Assembly (NCBI GenBank): GCA_963727505.1
Contig: CAVSGP010000010.1
Coordinates: 38,583-102,582, forward strand
DNA: 64,000 nt
Direction of reading: 5' to 3'
Origin: an uncultured Trueperaceae bacterium
GTDB taxonomy: Bacteria > Deinococcota > Deinococci > Deinococcales > Trueperaceae
Made by a program: the position numbers and the translations under genes. The notes below the pieces were generated by a model. It saw nothing but the letters and a program-made list of their open reading frames with translations. It was not told where the DNA came from and did not search any database. Below, piece by piece: positions 21,638 to 31,900 of this stretch (position 1 is its first letter; every line of letters begins with the position of its first letter).

Positions 21638-22633
21638 ATGCCCGATCACGACGCCCTCCTCCACACCGCGCACCTGCAGTGGGGCTACGTCACGATCACG
21701 CAGGCCCAGGCCGCCGGCTTCAGCCGCCAGCTGTGCAACTACTACTGCCGCAAGGGCTCCTGGTACCACGTGGCCCGCTCGATCTACCGCATCCGCGCTG
21801 TCCCCGAGCGGGCCGACGAGGACCTCGTGCGGCTGAGCCTGCTCGCGCGCGACAAGCGCGGCCGACCGGCAGGCGTGCTCTCGCACCACACCGCTCTCTA
21901 CCTCCACGGCATGCTCGACGAGCGGCCGGCCGCGGTGCACCTCAGCCTCGACCCCCTCTCCCGCCCGTTCGAGCCGGAGGGCGCGGTCGTGTTCCATCGC
22001 CGGATCGATCTGCCCTGGCGCGTGGCGGGGCTGCCCACCAATCCGGTGGTCGCCGTGACGCCACCGGAGTATCGCGACGTACCGCAGCCGCAACGCGACC
22101 CCTGGGCCGAACCCTGGAACGCCCGCGCGAACGCCACCGGCCCGCCCGACGCGGGGCGCCACCCCTCGCTCCCGGCCGAGGACATCGAGGACCGCGGCAG
22201 CTTCCGCGTCACCACCCCGCTCCGCTCCGTCGTCGACGCCATGGCCTGGCGCCGTCACCACGACCTCTCCGACATCGTGGAGCGCGGCCTGCGGCTCGGG
22301 CTCTTCGACGTCGACGCCTACCTGAGCGGTATCGAGGGCCTGCTGAGGTTCCCGGGCGAACGCGCCATGTGGGAGCTGCTGCGGGCCGTCCGCGCGCGGG
22401 CAGACACGGTGGTGCACGATCTCGAACGGGTCCGCCTTCGCATCCTGTCGGTGCAGCACAGCAGCCAGGCCCGCTTCGGCCGGTCCGGGGCGGCCTACGA
22501 CGGGGTCGACGAGCGCATCGGCGATCGCATCGATCGCGTCCGCGACGCTGCGGAGGCCGCGTTTGAGGGGGCGGTTGAGGGGGCGGTTGAGGGAACGGCG
22601 GAGGAGCCTGGCGACGATGGTACGGGGCGGTAG
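21638..22633 (+). CDS. AbiEi (type IV TA antitoxin)-like winged-helix protein
   Basis: QWGYVTITQAQAAGFSR...W..VARSIYR N-terminus; VLSHHTALYLHG and FRVTTPLRSVVD motifs typical of AbiEi-like proteins. Confidence 0.72.
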   Translation: MPDHDALLHTAHLQWGYVTITQAQAAGFSRQLCNYYCRKGSWYHVARSIYRIRAVPERADEDLVRLSLLARDKRGRPAGVLSHHTALYLHGMLDERPAAVHLSLDPLSRPFEPEGAVVFHRRIDLPWRVAGLPTNPVVAVTPPEYRDVPQPQRDPWAEPWNARANATGPPDAGRHPSLPAEDIEDRGSFRVTTPLRSVVDAMAWRRHHDLSDIVERGLRLGLFDVDAYLSGIEGLLRFPGERAMWELLRAVRARADTVVHDLERVRLRILSVQHSSQARFGRSGAAYDGVDERIGDRIDRVRDAAEAAFEGAVEGAVEGTAEEPGDDGTGR

Positions 22634-22905
22634 GGGGGGCTCGCGCAGACCCTCCTTCGAACGTAAAGCCTGGTTGAACGTTTGCAGCCGCCGCCGGGAT
22701 CCGGGCCGGACGCCAACGGCTCGCTCGACCCCCGATCGCTCCGCGACCCGGTTCCTGCCACGTCCACGCCGATGACCGCATACGCGTCCCTCACGCGCGC
22801 TCAGTCCTCGGCTCAGAGCGAAAGCCAGCCTTTACCTTCGGAAGAGGGGGCCCGCGCACCCCCTCCCCCTCCTCCGCCACCGCGAAAGCCGAGCTTAACG
22901 TCGCC
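22631..22905. repeat. REP-like dispersed repeat cluster 2 (oppositely oriented copies)
   Basis: Minus copy at 22650-22680 matches 17865-17895 at 27/31 nt; plus copy at 22828-22850 matches 17875-17897 at 22/23 nt. Confidence 0.7.
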
Positions 22906-23001
22906 CCCCGCGGCAAGACACCGTGCACGCCCCCGAACCCGCCCCCGAACCCACCGCCTACCGCGGCCCCGGTAAGCTGGGGCGATACGAAGGAGGGTTC
23001 G

Positions 23002-23409
23002 ATGAAAGAGAGCATCCTCCGAGCGGCAGCGATCGCATCGCTCGCCCTCGCGCTCATCATGTCCGTCACCACCTGGATCGGCGTGAGCACCTCGTCGCAG
23101 CGTGGCAGCGTCCTGATCGGTTTCTTCGAGTTCGCGCTCATCCTGTTCCTGGGAGCGGTGGCGTGGGCCTTGTTCAATGCGTTCGCCGACATCGTGACGA
23201 GCCGCAACACGCTCGAGATGCTCACCGTGCGCCTCGTCAAGCTCGAGGAGGCCGTCGCCAGGATCGCGCCCGCCACCGACGCACCCGCCACCGACGCACC
23301 CGCCACCGACGCACCCACGACCGACGCACCCACGACCGGGTCGACACCCGAGGCCGCCACCCAGAACGCGTCCGCGCCCCGTTCCCTGGAAGGAGACGAG
23401 CCGCGATGA
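23002..23409 (+). CDS. Small 2-TM membrane protein with (TDAPA/T) repeat tail
   Basis: RBS AAGGAGG; two hydrophobic helices; 4 x 15-bp repeat at 23275-23334; stop overlaps the next ATG. Confidence 0.7.
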   Translation: MKESILRAAAIASLALALIMSVTTWIGVSTSSQRGSVLIGFFEFALILFLGAVAWALFNAFADIVTSRNTLEMLTVRLVKLEEAVARIAPATDAPATDAPATDAPTTDAPTTGSTPEAATQNASAPRSLEGDEPR

Positions 23410-24221
23410 TCCATCCCACCGTGCAGGGCACCTCCGTCCCCGCCCTCGGCTTCGGCACCTTCCGGCTGCCCGGCGACGACTGTCGCGAAGGCGTCGAGCA
23501 CGCGCTCGAGATCGGTTACCGCCACATCGACACCGCGCAGGGCTACCACAACGAGGAGTTCGTCGGCGAGGGGCTGCGGCGCGCCGGCGTCTCGCGCGAG
23601 GACATCTTCCTGGTCTCCAAGGTCTCCCCCGACAACTACGCCGAGGACCGCGCCGGCACCAGCACCCTCGAGAGCCTGCGCAAGCTCGGCACCGATTACG
23701 TCGACCTGATGCTGCTGCACTGGCCCAACCCCGACGTCCCGCTGGAGGAGCCCCTGACCAGCCTCGCGCGGCTACAGCGCGAGGGCGCGGTGCGTCACAT
23801 CGGCGTAAGCAACTTCCCGCCCAGTCTCGTCGAGCAGGCGCGCGGCGTCACGACGCTCTACTGCAACCAGGTCGAGTACCACCCCTACCTGTCGCAGACC
23901 AAGCTCCTCAAGCAGGCGCGCAAGCACGATCTGCTGCTCACCGCCTACTGCCCCATCGCGCGCGGCAAGGTCCTGCAGGACCCGGTGCTGCGCGACATCG
24001 GCGCGAAGTACGGCAAGACGCCGGCCCAGGTGACGCTGCGCTGGCTGGTGCAGCAGGAGCGCGTGGCCGCCATCCCCAAGTCGGCGCACGCCCAGCGGCG
24101 CATCGACAACTTCGACATCTTCGACTTCGAGCTCACCGCCGACGAGATGAAGGCGGTGTTCGCACTCGATCGCGACGAACGGCTGGTCGATCCCGCCGGC
24201 GGCCCCGACTGGGAGCGCTGA
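23406..24221 (+). CDS. Aldo/keto reductase (2,5-DKG reductase-like)
   Basis: PALGFGT, GYRHIDTAQGY, DLMLLHWP, IGVSNF, NQVEYHPY and IPKS. Confidence 0.93.
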   Translation: MIHPTVQGTSVPALGFGTFRLPGDDCREGVEHALEIGYRHIDTAQGYHNEEFVGEGLRRAGVSREDIFLVSKVSPDNYAEDRAGTSTLESLRKLGTDYVDLMLLHWPNPDVPLEEPLTSLARLQREGAVRHIGVSNFPPSLVEQARGVTTLYCNQVEYHPYLSQTKLLKQARKHDLLLTAYCPIARGKVLQDPVLRDIGAKYGKTPAQVTLRWLVQQERVAAIPKSAHAQRRIDNFDIFDFELTADEMKAVFALDRDERLVDPAGGPDWER

Positions 24222-24312
24222 GCCGGCGCCCCGCTCCCAAGAACACCGCCCCCAAGCGCCCCCCAAGCGCACCGGCGGCCGGCCGAGCGGCCCGCCGCTC
24301 CGCCACGCCCCT

Positions 24313-24642
24313 CTACCCCCCGGGCAGCACCCAGAGCGCCAGCCATAGCACGCCCATCCCGACCGCCAGCGTGAAGGGCACGCTGCGGGTGCGGTAGGCG
24401 ACCAGCGCCGCCGCCGTCCCGGCGACGAGCTGCGCGGTCTGCAGCGCACCCCAGGGCGCGCCCAGGTCGACGAACACCGGAAGCACCAGCGCGGCCAGCA
24501 CCGCGGGCGGCACGAAGTCGAGCGCCCGCTTGAGCATCGGCGGCAACGACAGGCGGTCGCCCAGGAAGAGGAACGAGGCGCGGAAGAGATAAGCGGCCAG
24601 CGCCATCCCCAGCGCCACGATCCAGAAAGCCGCGGGGCTCAC
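24313..24642 (-). CDS. azlD: AzlD family branched-chain amino acid exporter, small subunit
   Basis: YLFRASF...RALDFVPPAVLAALV; GTG start overlaps the azlC stop. Confidence 0.85.
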   Translation of the reverse strand: MSPAAFWIVALGMALAAYLFRASFLFLGDRLSLPPMLKRALDFVPPAVLAALVLPVFVDLGAPWGALQTAQLVAGTAAALVAYRTRSVPFTLAVGMGVLWLALWVLPGG

Positions 24643-25352
24643 CGGCTCGCCTCCCCGGCGGCGGTCCGCCGCTCGCGGCCGTCGCTCATCGTGCCGACGG
24701 CGATCCCGGCGAGCGAACCCAGCAGCATCCCGAGGTTGAGCGGCAGGCCCGCCAGCAAGACGGCGAGGACGCCGCCCACCGACGCGGCCAGGACGGTCGG
24801 ACGGCCGCGCAGCGCGCCGGCCAGCAGCGACAGGAACACCAGCGGCACCGCGAAGTCGAGATGCCAGGAGGGCGGCACCACCGTGCCGAGCAGCGCGCCG
24901 GCCACGGCCGAGGACGTCCACACGAACCACATCGGCATCCACGACGCCAGCAGGTAGCCCAGCACGCTGGTGGGCGGCGCGGCCGACTCGAAGCGGTGCA
25001 CGGCCAGCACGAACCCCTGGTCGGTGGTGAAGAACGCGATGAAGAACCGCCACAGGCGCGGCACGCCGCCCAGGTAGCGCGACAGCGAGGCGCTGTACAT
25101 GGTGAAGCGCAGGTTGATCATGGTCGTGGTCGCGAGGATGACCAGCACGGGCGCGCCCACCTTGATGAGCTGGTAGGCCGCGAGTTGCGAGGCTCCCGCG
25201 AACACCAGGTACGGCATCACGATGGCCTGCAGCTTGTCGAGGCCCGCCTGCACCGCCGCCAGCCCCGTGATCGCCCCGAACGGGATGACCGCGAGGGCGA
25301 TGGGGACGCCGTCGCGCAGGCCAAGGGCGACGGAGCGGCGATCGACGGTCAT
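24639..25352 (-). CDS. azlC: AzlC family branched-chain amino acid exporter, large subunit
   Basis: VFAGASQ, INLRFTMYSASL and TDQGF; -10 TACACT 7 nt before ATG 25352. Confidence 0.88.
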   Translation of the reverse strand: MTVDRRSVALGLRDGVPIALAVIPFGAITGLAAVQAGLDKLQAIVMPYLVFAGASQLAAYQLIKVGAPVLVILATTTMINLRFTMYSASLSRYLGGVPRLWRFFIAFFTTDQGFVLAVHRFESAAPPTSVLGYLLASWMPMWFVWTSSAVAGALLGTVVPPSWHLDFAVPLVFLSLLAGALRGRPTVLAASVGGVLAVLLAGLPLNLGMLLGSLAGIAVGTMSDGRERRTAAGEASR

Positions 25353-25476
25353 GCGCACGAGTGTACCCGGCGCCCAGCGCCGGCGGGTCCGGCACGGCGG
25401 GCACGGCGGCGGGACCGGGCATCGGCACGGCCGCCCCCCGCTCCCCCGCGTCATGATGGAAGCGGGAGGCACGCGT

Positions 25477-26418
25477 ATGCGCATCACCGTCACCGGCGGC
25501 GCCGGCTTCATCGGATCCCACCTCGTCGACCGCCTTCTCGAGGGTGGTCACCAGGTGGTGGTCCTGGACGACTTCTCTACCGGTCACCGCACGAACCTGC
25601 CGGCCGACCACCCGCGCCTTCGCATCGTCGAGGGCGATGCCGCCGACCCGCGCGCGGCCGCCGCTGCCACCGACGGCTGCAAGGCGGTCGTCCACCTCGC
25701 TGCGGTGGCGTCGGTCCAAGCCAGCATGGAGGAGCCGGTGCACACGCACCGCTCCAACCTGATCGCAACCCTGATCATGCTCGAGGCGGCCTCGGCCGCC
25801 GGCGCCCGGCGCTTCCTCTACGCCAGCAGCGCCGCCGTGTACGGCGACACCCATGACCTTCCCGTCGCGGAGGACGCCGCCACACACCCGCTCTCCCCCT
25901 ACGCCGCCGACAAGCTCGCGGGCGAGCATTACCTCGCCCACTACCACCGAACGGGGCGGGTCCAAGGAACGGCCTTCCGCTTCTTCAACGTCTACGGGCC
26001 GCGGCAGGACCCGTCGAGCCCCTACAGCGGGGTCATCAGCATCTTCCTGGAACGCGCGCGCCGACGCGCGCCCGTCACCGTCTTCGGGGACGGCGCCCAG
26101 ACGCGCGACTTCGTGTACGTGCAGGACGTCGTCGACCAGCTCGTCGCCGCCATCGGGACACCCGCGGAGGAGGGCGGCGAGCTGCCGGTCTACAACGTCG
26201 GGACCGGCCGCGAGGTCAGCCTGAGCGAGCTGCTGGACACCCTGGGGACCCTGCTGGGCCCCATCGAGGCCCATAGCGAGCCGGCGCGTGCCGGCGACAT
26301 CCGCCACTCGCGGGCCGACATCACCAAGCTCCATGCCGTGGCCAACGCCCTCGGGGTCGGCGTCCCCCGGACCACTTTGCGCGACGGGCTGGCGACGATG
26401 GTGCAGGAGAACGGCTAG
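25477..26418 (+). CDS. NAD-dependent nucleotide-sugar epimerase/dehydratase (GalE/WbpP-like)
   Basis: TGGAGFIGSH, SSAAVYG, PYAADK (YxxxK), FFNVYGPRQDPSSPYSGVI and GDIRHS. Confidence 0.92.
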   Translation: MRITVTGGAGFIGSHLVDRLLEGGHQVVVLDDFSTGHRTNLPADHPRLRIVEGDAADPRAAAAATDGCKAVVHLAAVASVQASMEEPVHTHRSNLIATLIMLEAASAAGARRFLYASSAAVYGDTHDLPVAEDAATHPLSPYAADKLAGEHYLAHYHRTGRVQGTAFRFFNVYGPRQDPSSPYSGVISIFLERARRRAPVTVFGDGAQTRDFVYVQDVVDQLVAAIGTPAEEGGELPVYNVGTGREVSLSELLDTLGTLLGPIEAHSEPARAGDIRHSRADITKLHAVANALGVGVPRTTLRDGLATMVQENG

Positions 26419-26472
26419 CGGCCGACACCCGTCACCGAGCGCGGCCGCGCACCGCCGAGCCGGGCACCCTCC

Positions 26473-28090
26473 TCAACGCCGCGGCTGCGTCCTCTTCCCT
26501 GCCATGACCAGGGCCTTGCTCGCCGCTTCATCACGAGCATCGGCCAGAGCTTTCGACGATCGCGTGACGTCTCCGCCGATGCGGTCCGCGGCCCAGCCGC
26601 TGCGCACGCGCACGAAGCGCGGCGCCCCGCCCTCGGACAGGAACCGAATGTTGCTGTACAGGGGGTCGCGGTAATCTCCGATGGCCCCGCTGCGCAGCGC
26701 ATCGACGACCTGGCGCACGCCCGCTTCCAGCGTCCACTCGGGCGTGAAGTCGAGAACGGACCGGATCTTGGCGAAGTCGACGCGGTAGTTGCGGCGGTCG
26801 CCGTCCTGGCCGGAGTCCACGTACTCCGCCTCGGGCACGATGCGGGCGATGAGCCGGCCCACGTCCCCGAGGGTGGCGTTCTGCTCGTCCGAGCCGACGT
26901 TGAAGATCTCGTTGCGCACTCTTCCGACCGGCGCCTCGAGCGCCGCCACGACCGCGCGCGCCGCGTCTTCGACGTGCACGAAGGGGCGCCACTGGTCCCC
27001 GCCGAAGACGGTGATCCGGCCCTCCGTGACGGCCTTGGCCGCCAGGAGATTGACGACCAGGTCGAAGCGCGGCCGCCGAGAGAGCCCGTAGACCGTTCCG
27101 AATCGCATCATGGTGGGCGCGAAGCCGCCTTCGGCCATCTCGAAGAGCACGTTCTCCGAGGCGATCTTGCTGCGGCCGTAGAGCGACACCGGGTTGAGGC
27201 GCGAGGTCTCGTCGAGGAGGTCGTCGGACGCGCCGTAGACCGAACAGCTGCTGGCGAACACGAACCTGCGTACGCCCTGGCCCTTGGCCAGCTCCGCGAT
27301 CACGCGGGTCGAGTCGAGGTTGACCTCGGTCGTGAGCTCCTCGTCGATCGAGCAGGCGGGGTCCCCCACCAGTCCGCCAAGGTGCACGACGGCGTCGACG
27401 CCGTCCAGAGCCGCCACCAGCCGGTCGAGCTGGCGATAATCGGCCTGGACCAGCTCCACGTCTGCACTCTCCAGCAGGTCACCGAGGGGCCCCGCGCCGT
27501 ACAGGAGCCGGTCGAGCACGCGCACGCGCCAACCGTGCTCCGCGAGCCGCGGAAGCAGCGCCGAGCCGATGTAGCCCGCTCCCCCGATGACCAGCACGCG
27601 CTTGCGTGCGGCGTCGCTCTTCGCAGGACGGCGCAGCTCGATCTCGGCGGCCTTCGCCGGGCTCTGGCTCACCGGCAGGGCACGCGCGACCAGCACCATC
27701 AACAGCATCGCTGCCCAGGCCAGGGCGATCTCGGAAAGGACGAGCTGGCGGGCCGCCGGGAGCAGCGGTTGCACCACGCCCGTCAGCGCCCACGCCAGCG
27801 TCACGGCGGCGGCGAGAGGCGCCAGCTTCTCGCGTTGGAGGCGCCCACGCCGGGAACCATACAGGCCCCCGACCGCGAACGCGGCCACCGTGAAGGCAAG
27901 CACGAGAGGAAGCTGCAGCGCGAAGGTAGTGATGGGCCCGGCGTAGAACTCGGCACCGGCCTCGCGGCCGGCCAGCACTCCGCCGATCATGCCAACGAGG
28001 AGCGCGAGCGACAGCCCGAGGGCCGCCATGACGGCGTCAGATGCGAGCCGAACGAGCCAGGGAAGCGACGCAATGCGAGAACTCATCATC
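26473..28090 (-). CDS. Membrane-anchored (about 4 TM) NAD-dependent epimerase/dehydratase, paralog A
   Basis: Hydrophobic N-domain, then VIGGAGYIGS, ASSCSVYG, LYGRSK and RFDLVVN; start uncertain (28090 or 28191). Confidence 0.88.
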
Positions 28091-28824
28091 AGTACCGCCC
28101 TCCGCACCCCCAACATCTTGCCGGAAGCTTCCCGGGCAAGCCGTGGCGCCCGCCGCGCGAACCGAGACGCTGTACGAAGGCGGGTGGACATCGCGCGGTG
28201 GCCAGGGCCGCCGAAGCGAACGACCGGTGCTTCCGGTTCCCCACCATTGTCGGGCCGCCCGGGCGCCGCCACCGTGACGGGTGACGCCGGAGCACAGTAT
28301 GTGAAGGACGTGAAGACGGGACCTGAAGACGGCGCGCGGAGTCCGTCACCGACCCATGCGCGTTGCCCTTCGCCGTTTTGCGGAAGTGAAGCAAGAACCG
28401 AGACGCGCTGAATGCAAACAGGCAGAAACGAAGGATGTTGCTGGCAACGCGAGTTCGGTTGATTGATGCCTGGAAGCCGCTGCCGGGGCGCTGGCGGTGG
28501 TAGCTGCAACTGCTTGGCTCGCAGAGAAGGCAGCCAAGCGCGGCATTGAAGCGCGTAGGGCGACAAGCTATTGCTCACCACGGCTACGCTGTGGACAACG
28601 CCCCCCCCAGCCCAGCACTCATGCTACTAATGTAGGCGTGGAAACATGTGCGCCTTGGTCAAGCCCCCAACGGAAACCACGACGTGCCAGCCTCGACACG
28701 CATGGTCCGGGAAAGGATCAATGGTAGCCGTCCCGGCGTCGACGCCCACGAACCAGGATAGGACACCGGCTTGTTCGGACCGGGCGAGGTATCGCGACGG
28801 CATGTGCGCAATGTGGAGCGGACG

Positions 28825-29994
28825 GTGACGAGCGGCGAAGACCGAGGACGTGAGCGGATCGCGTTCGTGCAGACGGGGCCGTTCCCGTACGCCAACGTGT
28901 TCGTCGCGGAGCAGTTGCGACGGAACTTCCCTGCGTGCGAAGTCGACGTGATCAATGTGCTGGACCTGCTCAGGTCGGATCGGCGCCGCCTTGCGCGAGC
29001 AGCCGTCGAGACGGCGCGGGTCTATGGCGTCGACATCGCCACCGGGCGACGTCAATTTCGTGCCGCGGCTCTCCACACGCCATACTTCTTCAGACAGGCG
29101 CGTGAACTTGTGCTCGCGCGCCTCAGACAGGTCCCCTACCTGTTCAGCTTTCAGATGCAGTCGCTCTTCGACGCCAGCCCGGGGCACCTTCCACACTTCA
29201 TCTACACCGATCACACCAACTTGGCCAACCTCGCTTACGACCTGTCTCCGCAGTCCGCCGTGTATCCAGCAAGATGGCGACGGTTGGAGACCTCCATCTA
29301 CGAGAATGCGACGCTGGTATTCGTTCGCAGTCTTCACGTGGAGCGCTCGCTTGTCGAGCAATACGGGTTTCCTCAAGACCGCATCAAGCTAGTCTACGCA
29401 GGAAGCAACGCTGGGACTCCGCCTACCGCGGACAAAGGTTTCGACGGTGACCGCTTCGCCGCCAAGCGAATCCTCTTCGTCGGCTCTGACTGGCGGCGAA
29501 AGGGTGGCCCTACGCTCCTCGAGGCCTTCAGACAGGTTCGCGAAGTGCACCCCGACGCCGAGCTGGTACTTGTCGGGAAGACTCCCCCCATCAACGAGCC
29601 GAACGTGACGGTCCTCGGCGAACTCCCCCTCGATCGTGTGAGCCATGAGTACCAACGGTCAACCGTCTTCTGCGTACCTACGCTGCGGGAGCCATTCGGC
29701 ATCGTCTTCGTGGAGGCTATGAGCTACGGGATGCCGGTCGTGGCAACCAAGATCGGGGCGCTTCCTGACATGGTCGAGGACGGTGTCAATGGCTACCTGG
29801 TTGCTCCCGGCGACGTGCGCGCGCTGGCCGAGCACCTCATCACCTTGTTGAGGGAAGCGGATCTGGTCGCTGCCATGGGCGCCCGCTCGATGGCACTTGC
29901 GAGCGACCGATACAACTGGGACGCCGTCGGTCGTAAGATGGCGACGCACATTCGCAACGCGCTGGCGGCTGCGGCCACGCCCAACGAAGCCTAG
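28825..29994 (+). CDS. Glycosyltransferase family 4
   Basis: ILFVGSDWRRKG, EPFGIVFVEAMSYGMPVVAT and DGVNGYLV. Confidence 0.92.
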   Translation: MTSGEDRGRERIAFVQTGPFPYANVFVAEQLRRNFPACEVDVINVLDLLRSDRRRLARAAVETARVYGVDIATGRRQFRAAALHTPYFFRQARELVLARLRQVPYLFSFQMQSLFDASPGHLPHFIYTDHTNLANLAYDLSPQSAVYPARWRRLETSIYENATLVFVRSLHVERSLVEQYGFPQDRIKLVYAGSNAGTPPTADKGFDGDRFAAKRILFVGSDWRRKGGPTLLEAFRQVREVHPDAELVLVGKTPPINEPNVTVLGELPLDRVSHEYQRSTVFCVPTLREPFGIVFVEAMSYGMPVVATKIGALPDMVEDGVNGYLVAPGDVRALAEHLITLLREADLVAAMGARSMALASDRYNWDAVGRKMATHIRNALAAAATPNEA

Positions 29995-30006
29995 CGCCGG
30001 ACCCGG

Positions 30007-30114
30007 CTGGCGGCGATCGCATCCGTGCAGGCGTCTATTGTCGACCCCAGGTCTTTCGACCCCAAGTCGCCGCTCAGTCCCTACGCCGTGGACAAACTCG
30101 CAAGTGAGCACTAT
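30007..30114 (+). pseudogene. Collapsed relic of a GalE-like epimerase
   Basis: Intergenic translation LAAIASVQASIVDP-RSFD-PKSPLSPYAVDKLASEHY matches two separate motifs of the 25477 epimerase (LAAVASVQASMEEP and HPLSPYAADKLAGEHY). Confidence 0.75.
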
Positions 30115-30271
30115 GGTGCACGCGCCCGTAGCAACCGGTTGCCCTGCCCCGGCGCCAGCAGCGGGCCCTGCGGTTGAGGTCGTGGCCCGACTTCGGCGTA
30201 ACGCCCACCCCACGGCAGAGCCGTACGGCTTGCTACACTCGAGGCGTTCAGGACTTGGGGCTCCGTCCGTG

Positions 30272-31822
30272 ATGACACCACGCGACCTCATCCGCCGCAA
30301 TCGGCGGACCGGCACCGCTTTCGACAGTGCGACGCTTCTCCGCACGGGCCTGGTGCTGGCGCTTCTTGCCGCGCTGCTTGCCGGTGTTGAAGCCCGCTGG
30401 CTGTTGATGCGCCAACCCCCCTCGTACGTTGCCACCAAGACCTTGCTCGCGACCGAAGACAGTCCCGTTTACCGCGACCTCAGCGTACCGTCGCCCAGGC
30501 CGATCGACGCCATGGCATACCGTGCTGCAGTGATGTCTGGACCCGTCGCTTCGACGGCCCTGGGAGATCTTCTCGGGCGCGCGCCGTCGGCAGCCGAACT
30601 ACAGTACTTCCTGCGCCAAACACGAGTCGAGGTGGAAAGGCGCCGGCGCTCGAGCTTGATCCGCATCCGCAGCACCAGCACCAACGCAAACGCGGCCAGG
30701 CGCGAGGTCACGGCTGTTGCGAACGCCTTGATCGCGTGGGAGGTTCAGCGCTCGTCATCCGCACTTGACCAAGGGGCAACGGTGCTGAGCGACAACATTG
30801 ACAGCATTGAACGCACCCTCGAGAGCGGCACCTCAAACGGGCAGCCCCTCACAAGCGCCCAACGTACCGGCCTCCAGACTCTGCTCGCCCAGCGTACTCG
30901 CGAGCGAGACAGCGTTTTGGTACGGATCGACGCACGGGTCACCCTCGGCCTGTTGTCACCTCTGGCAGAGCCCGGAGTTTCGGTGACGGCCGTTCACCCA
31001 GGCGCGCTTCCGAAGATGTTGCTTAGTGGGGCGTTCGCATTCGTCGCTACGCTAGCCGCGATCTTGGTCCACATGGTCCTCAACCCACGCGACCGAACGC
31101 GCGAGGATATCCTGGCGCTTGCTGGCGTTCCGGTGCTGGCGGAGTTGTCCCTCCTGCCCTGGCCAAGCCTGGGCGTGGATCCGGAGGGATTGGACCTGCT
31201 CCGGTCGATGCTGCTGCGCGAGGCGCGGCCCGGCGAGGTGTCCGTGTTGTGCGTGACGTCCGCCCGCAACCCCGACAGCACGCATGACGTGTCGATCAAG
31301 CTCGCCGCCAGCATGGCGCGCCTCGGAACCCGTACGCTTCTGGTCGACTCCGATATGCGCCGGCCGTCACTCGCCTCCAGGATGAGTCTCGATCCGAAGC
31401 TGGTCGCCCCGCTCGAGCAGCACCTTCAAAGCCCCGGGGTGAACCCCACCCCCGCCAACATCCGCTTGAGCGGTGGGCTATCCTACGACTTCATCCCCAC
31501 CTACGCCCCGGCCGAGAACCCGCAGGAGCTTCTGGAGCGCAGCCTCGAGCAGCGGGTGGCATATTGGCGCCGGAACTACGACTTCATCGTGATCGAAGGT
31601 CCGCCCGTCGTGTCCTTTGCGGACACCATGACCATCGCAAGCGCCTGCACCGCTTTGGTCTTGTGCGCTGACCACGTCAGGACCGATCCCGAGGACATCA
31701 CCAGGGCGCGGGACCTGCTCGAGCGCTTCCCCGCCAGACTCGTGGGCTTGCTGGTGACGTATACCGCACGCCACACACCGGCCCCCGGCCGCCGCCCAGG
31801 CGCAGGCCGCCTCGACGCATGA
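30272..31822 (+). CDS. Wzc-like polysaccharide co-polymerase 1 (degenerate kinase domain)
   Basis: TM-periplasmic coiled coil-TM, then P-loop fold; LLVDSDMRRP present, Walker A reads TSARNPDSTH and Walker B FIVIEGPP; extended -10 TGcTACACT at 30231-30239. Confidence 0.82.
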   Translation: MTPRDLIRRNRRTGTAFDSATLLRTGLVLALLAALLAGVEARWLLMRQPPSYVATKTLLATEDSPVYRDLSVPSPRPIDAMAYRAAVMSGPVASTALGDLLGRAPSAAELQYFLRQTRVEVERRRRSSLIRIRSTSTNANAARREVTAVANALIAWEVQRSSSALDQGATVLSDNIDSIERTLESGTSNGQPLTSAQRTGLQTLLAQRTRERDSVLVRIDARVTLGLLSPLAEPGVSVTAVHPGALPKMLLSGAFAFVATLAAILVHMVLNPRDRTREDILALAGVPVLAELSLLPWPSLGVDPEGLDLLRSMLLREARPGEVSVLCVTSARNPDSTHDVSIKLAASMARLGTRTLLVDSDMRRPSLASRMSLDPKLVAPLEQHLQSPGVNPTPANIRLSGGLSYDFIPTYAPAENPQELLERSLEQRVAYWRRNYDFIVIEGPPVVSFADTMTIASACTALVLCADHVRTDPEDITRARDLLERFPARLVGLLVTYTARHTPAPGRRPGAGRLDA

Positions 31823-31900
31823 GGCGGCACCCCGGCACATCCCCCTGTACCGGGCTCACCACCCTGTTAGACTTGCGGGATTCGTCCCGAGGAGGCCGCC

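Noticed and set aside
16980..22459. Long antisense and alternative-frame ORFs (853, 606 and 775 aa, and similar ones elsewhere)
   Set aside because: Arg/Ala/Pro-rich shadow ORFs expected at high GC, overlapping well-supported genes.
28298..28332. Three TGAAG(G)AC direct repeats in the divergent promoter region as an operator
   Set aside because: Short, with irregular spacing; cannot be told from chance without comparative data.
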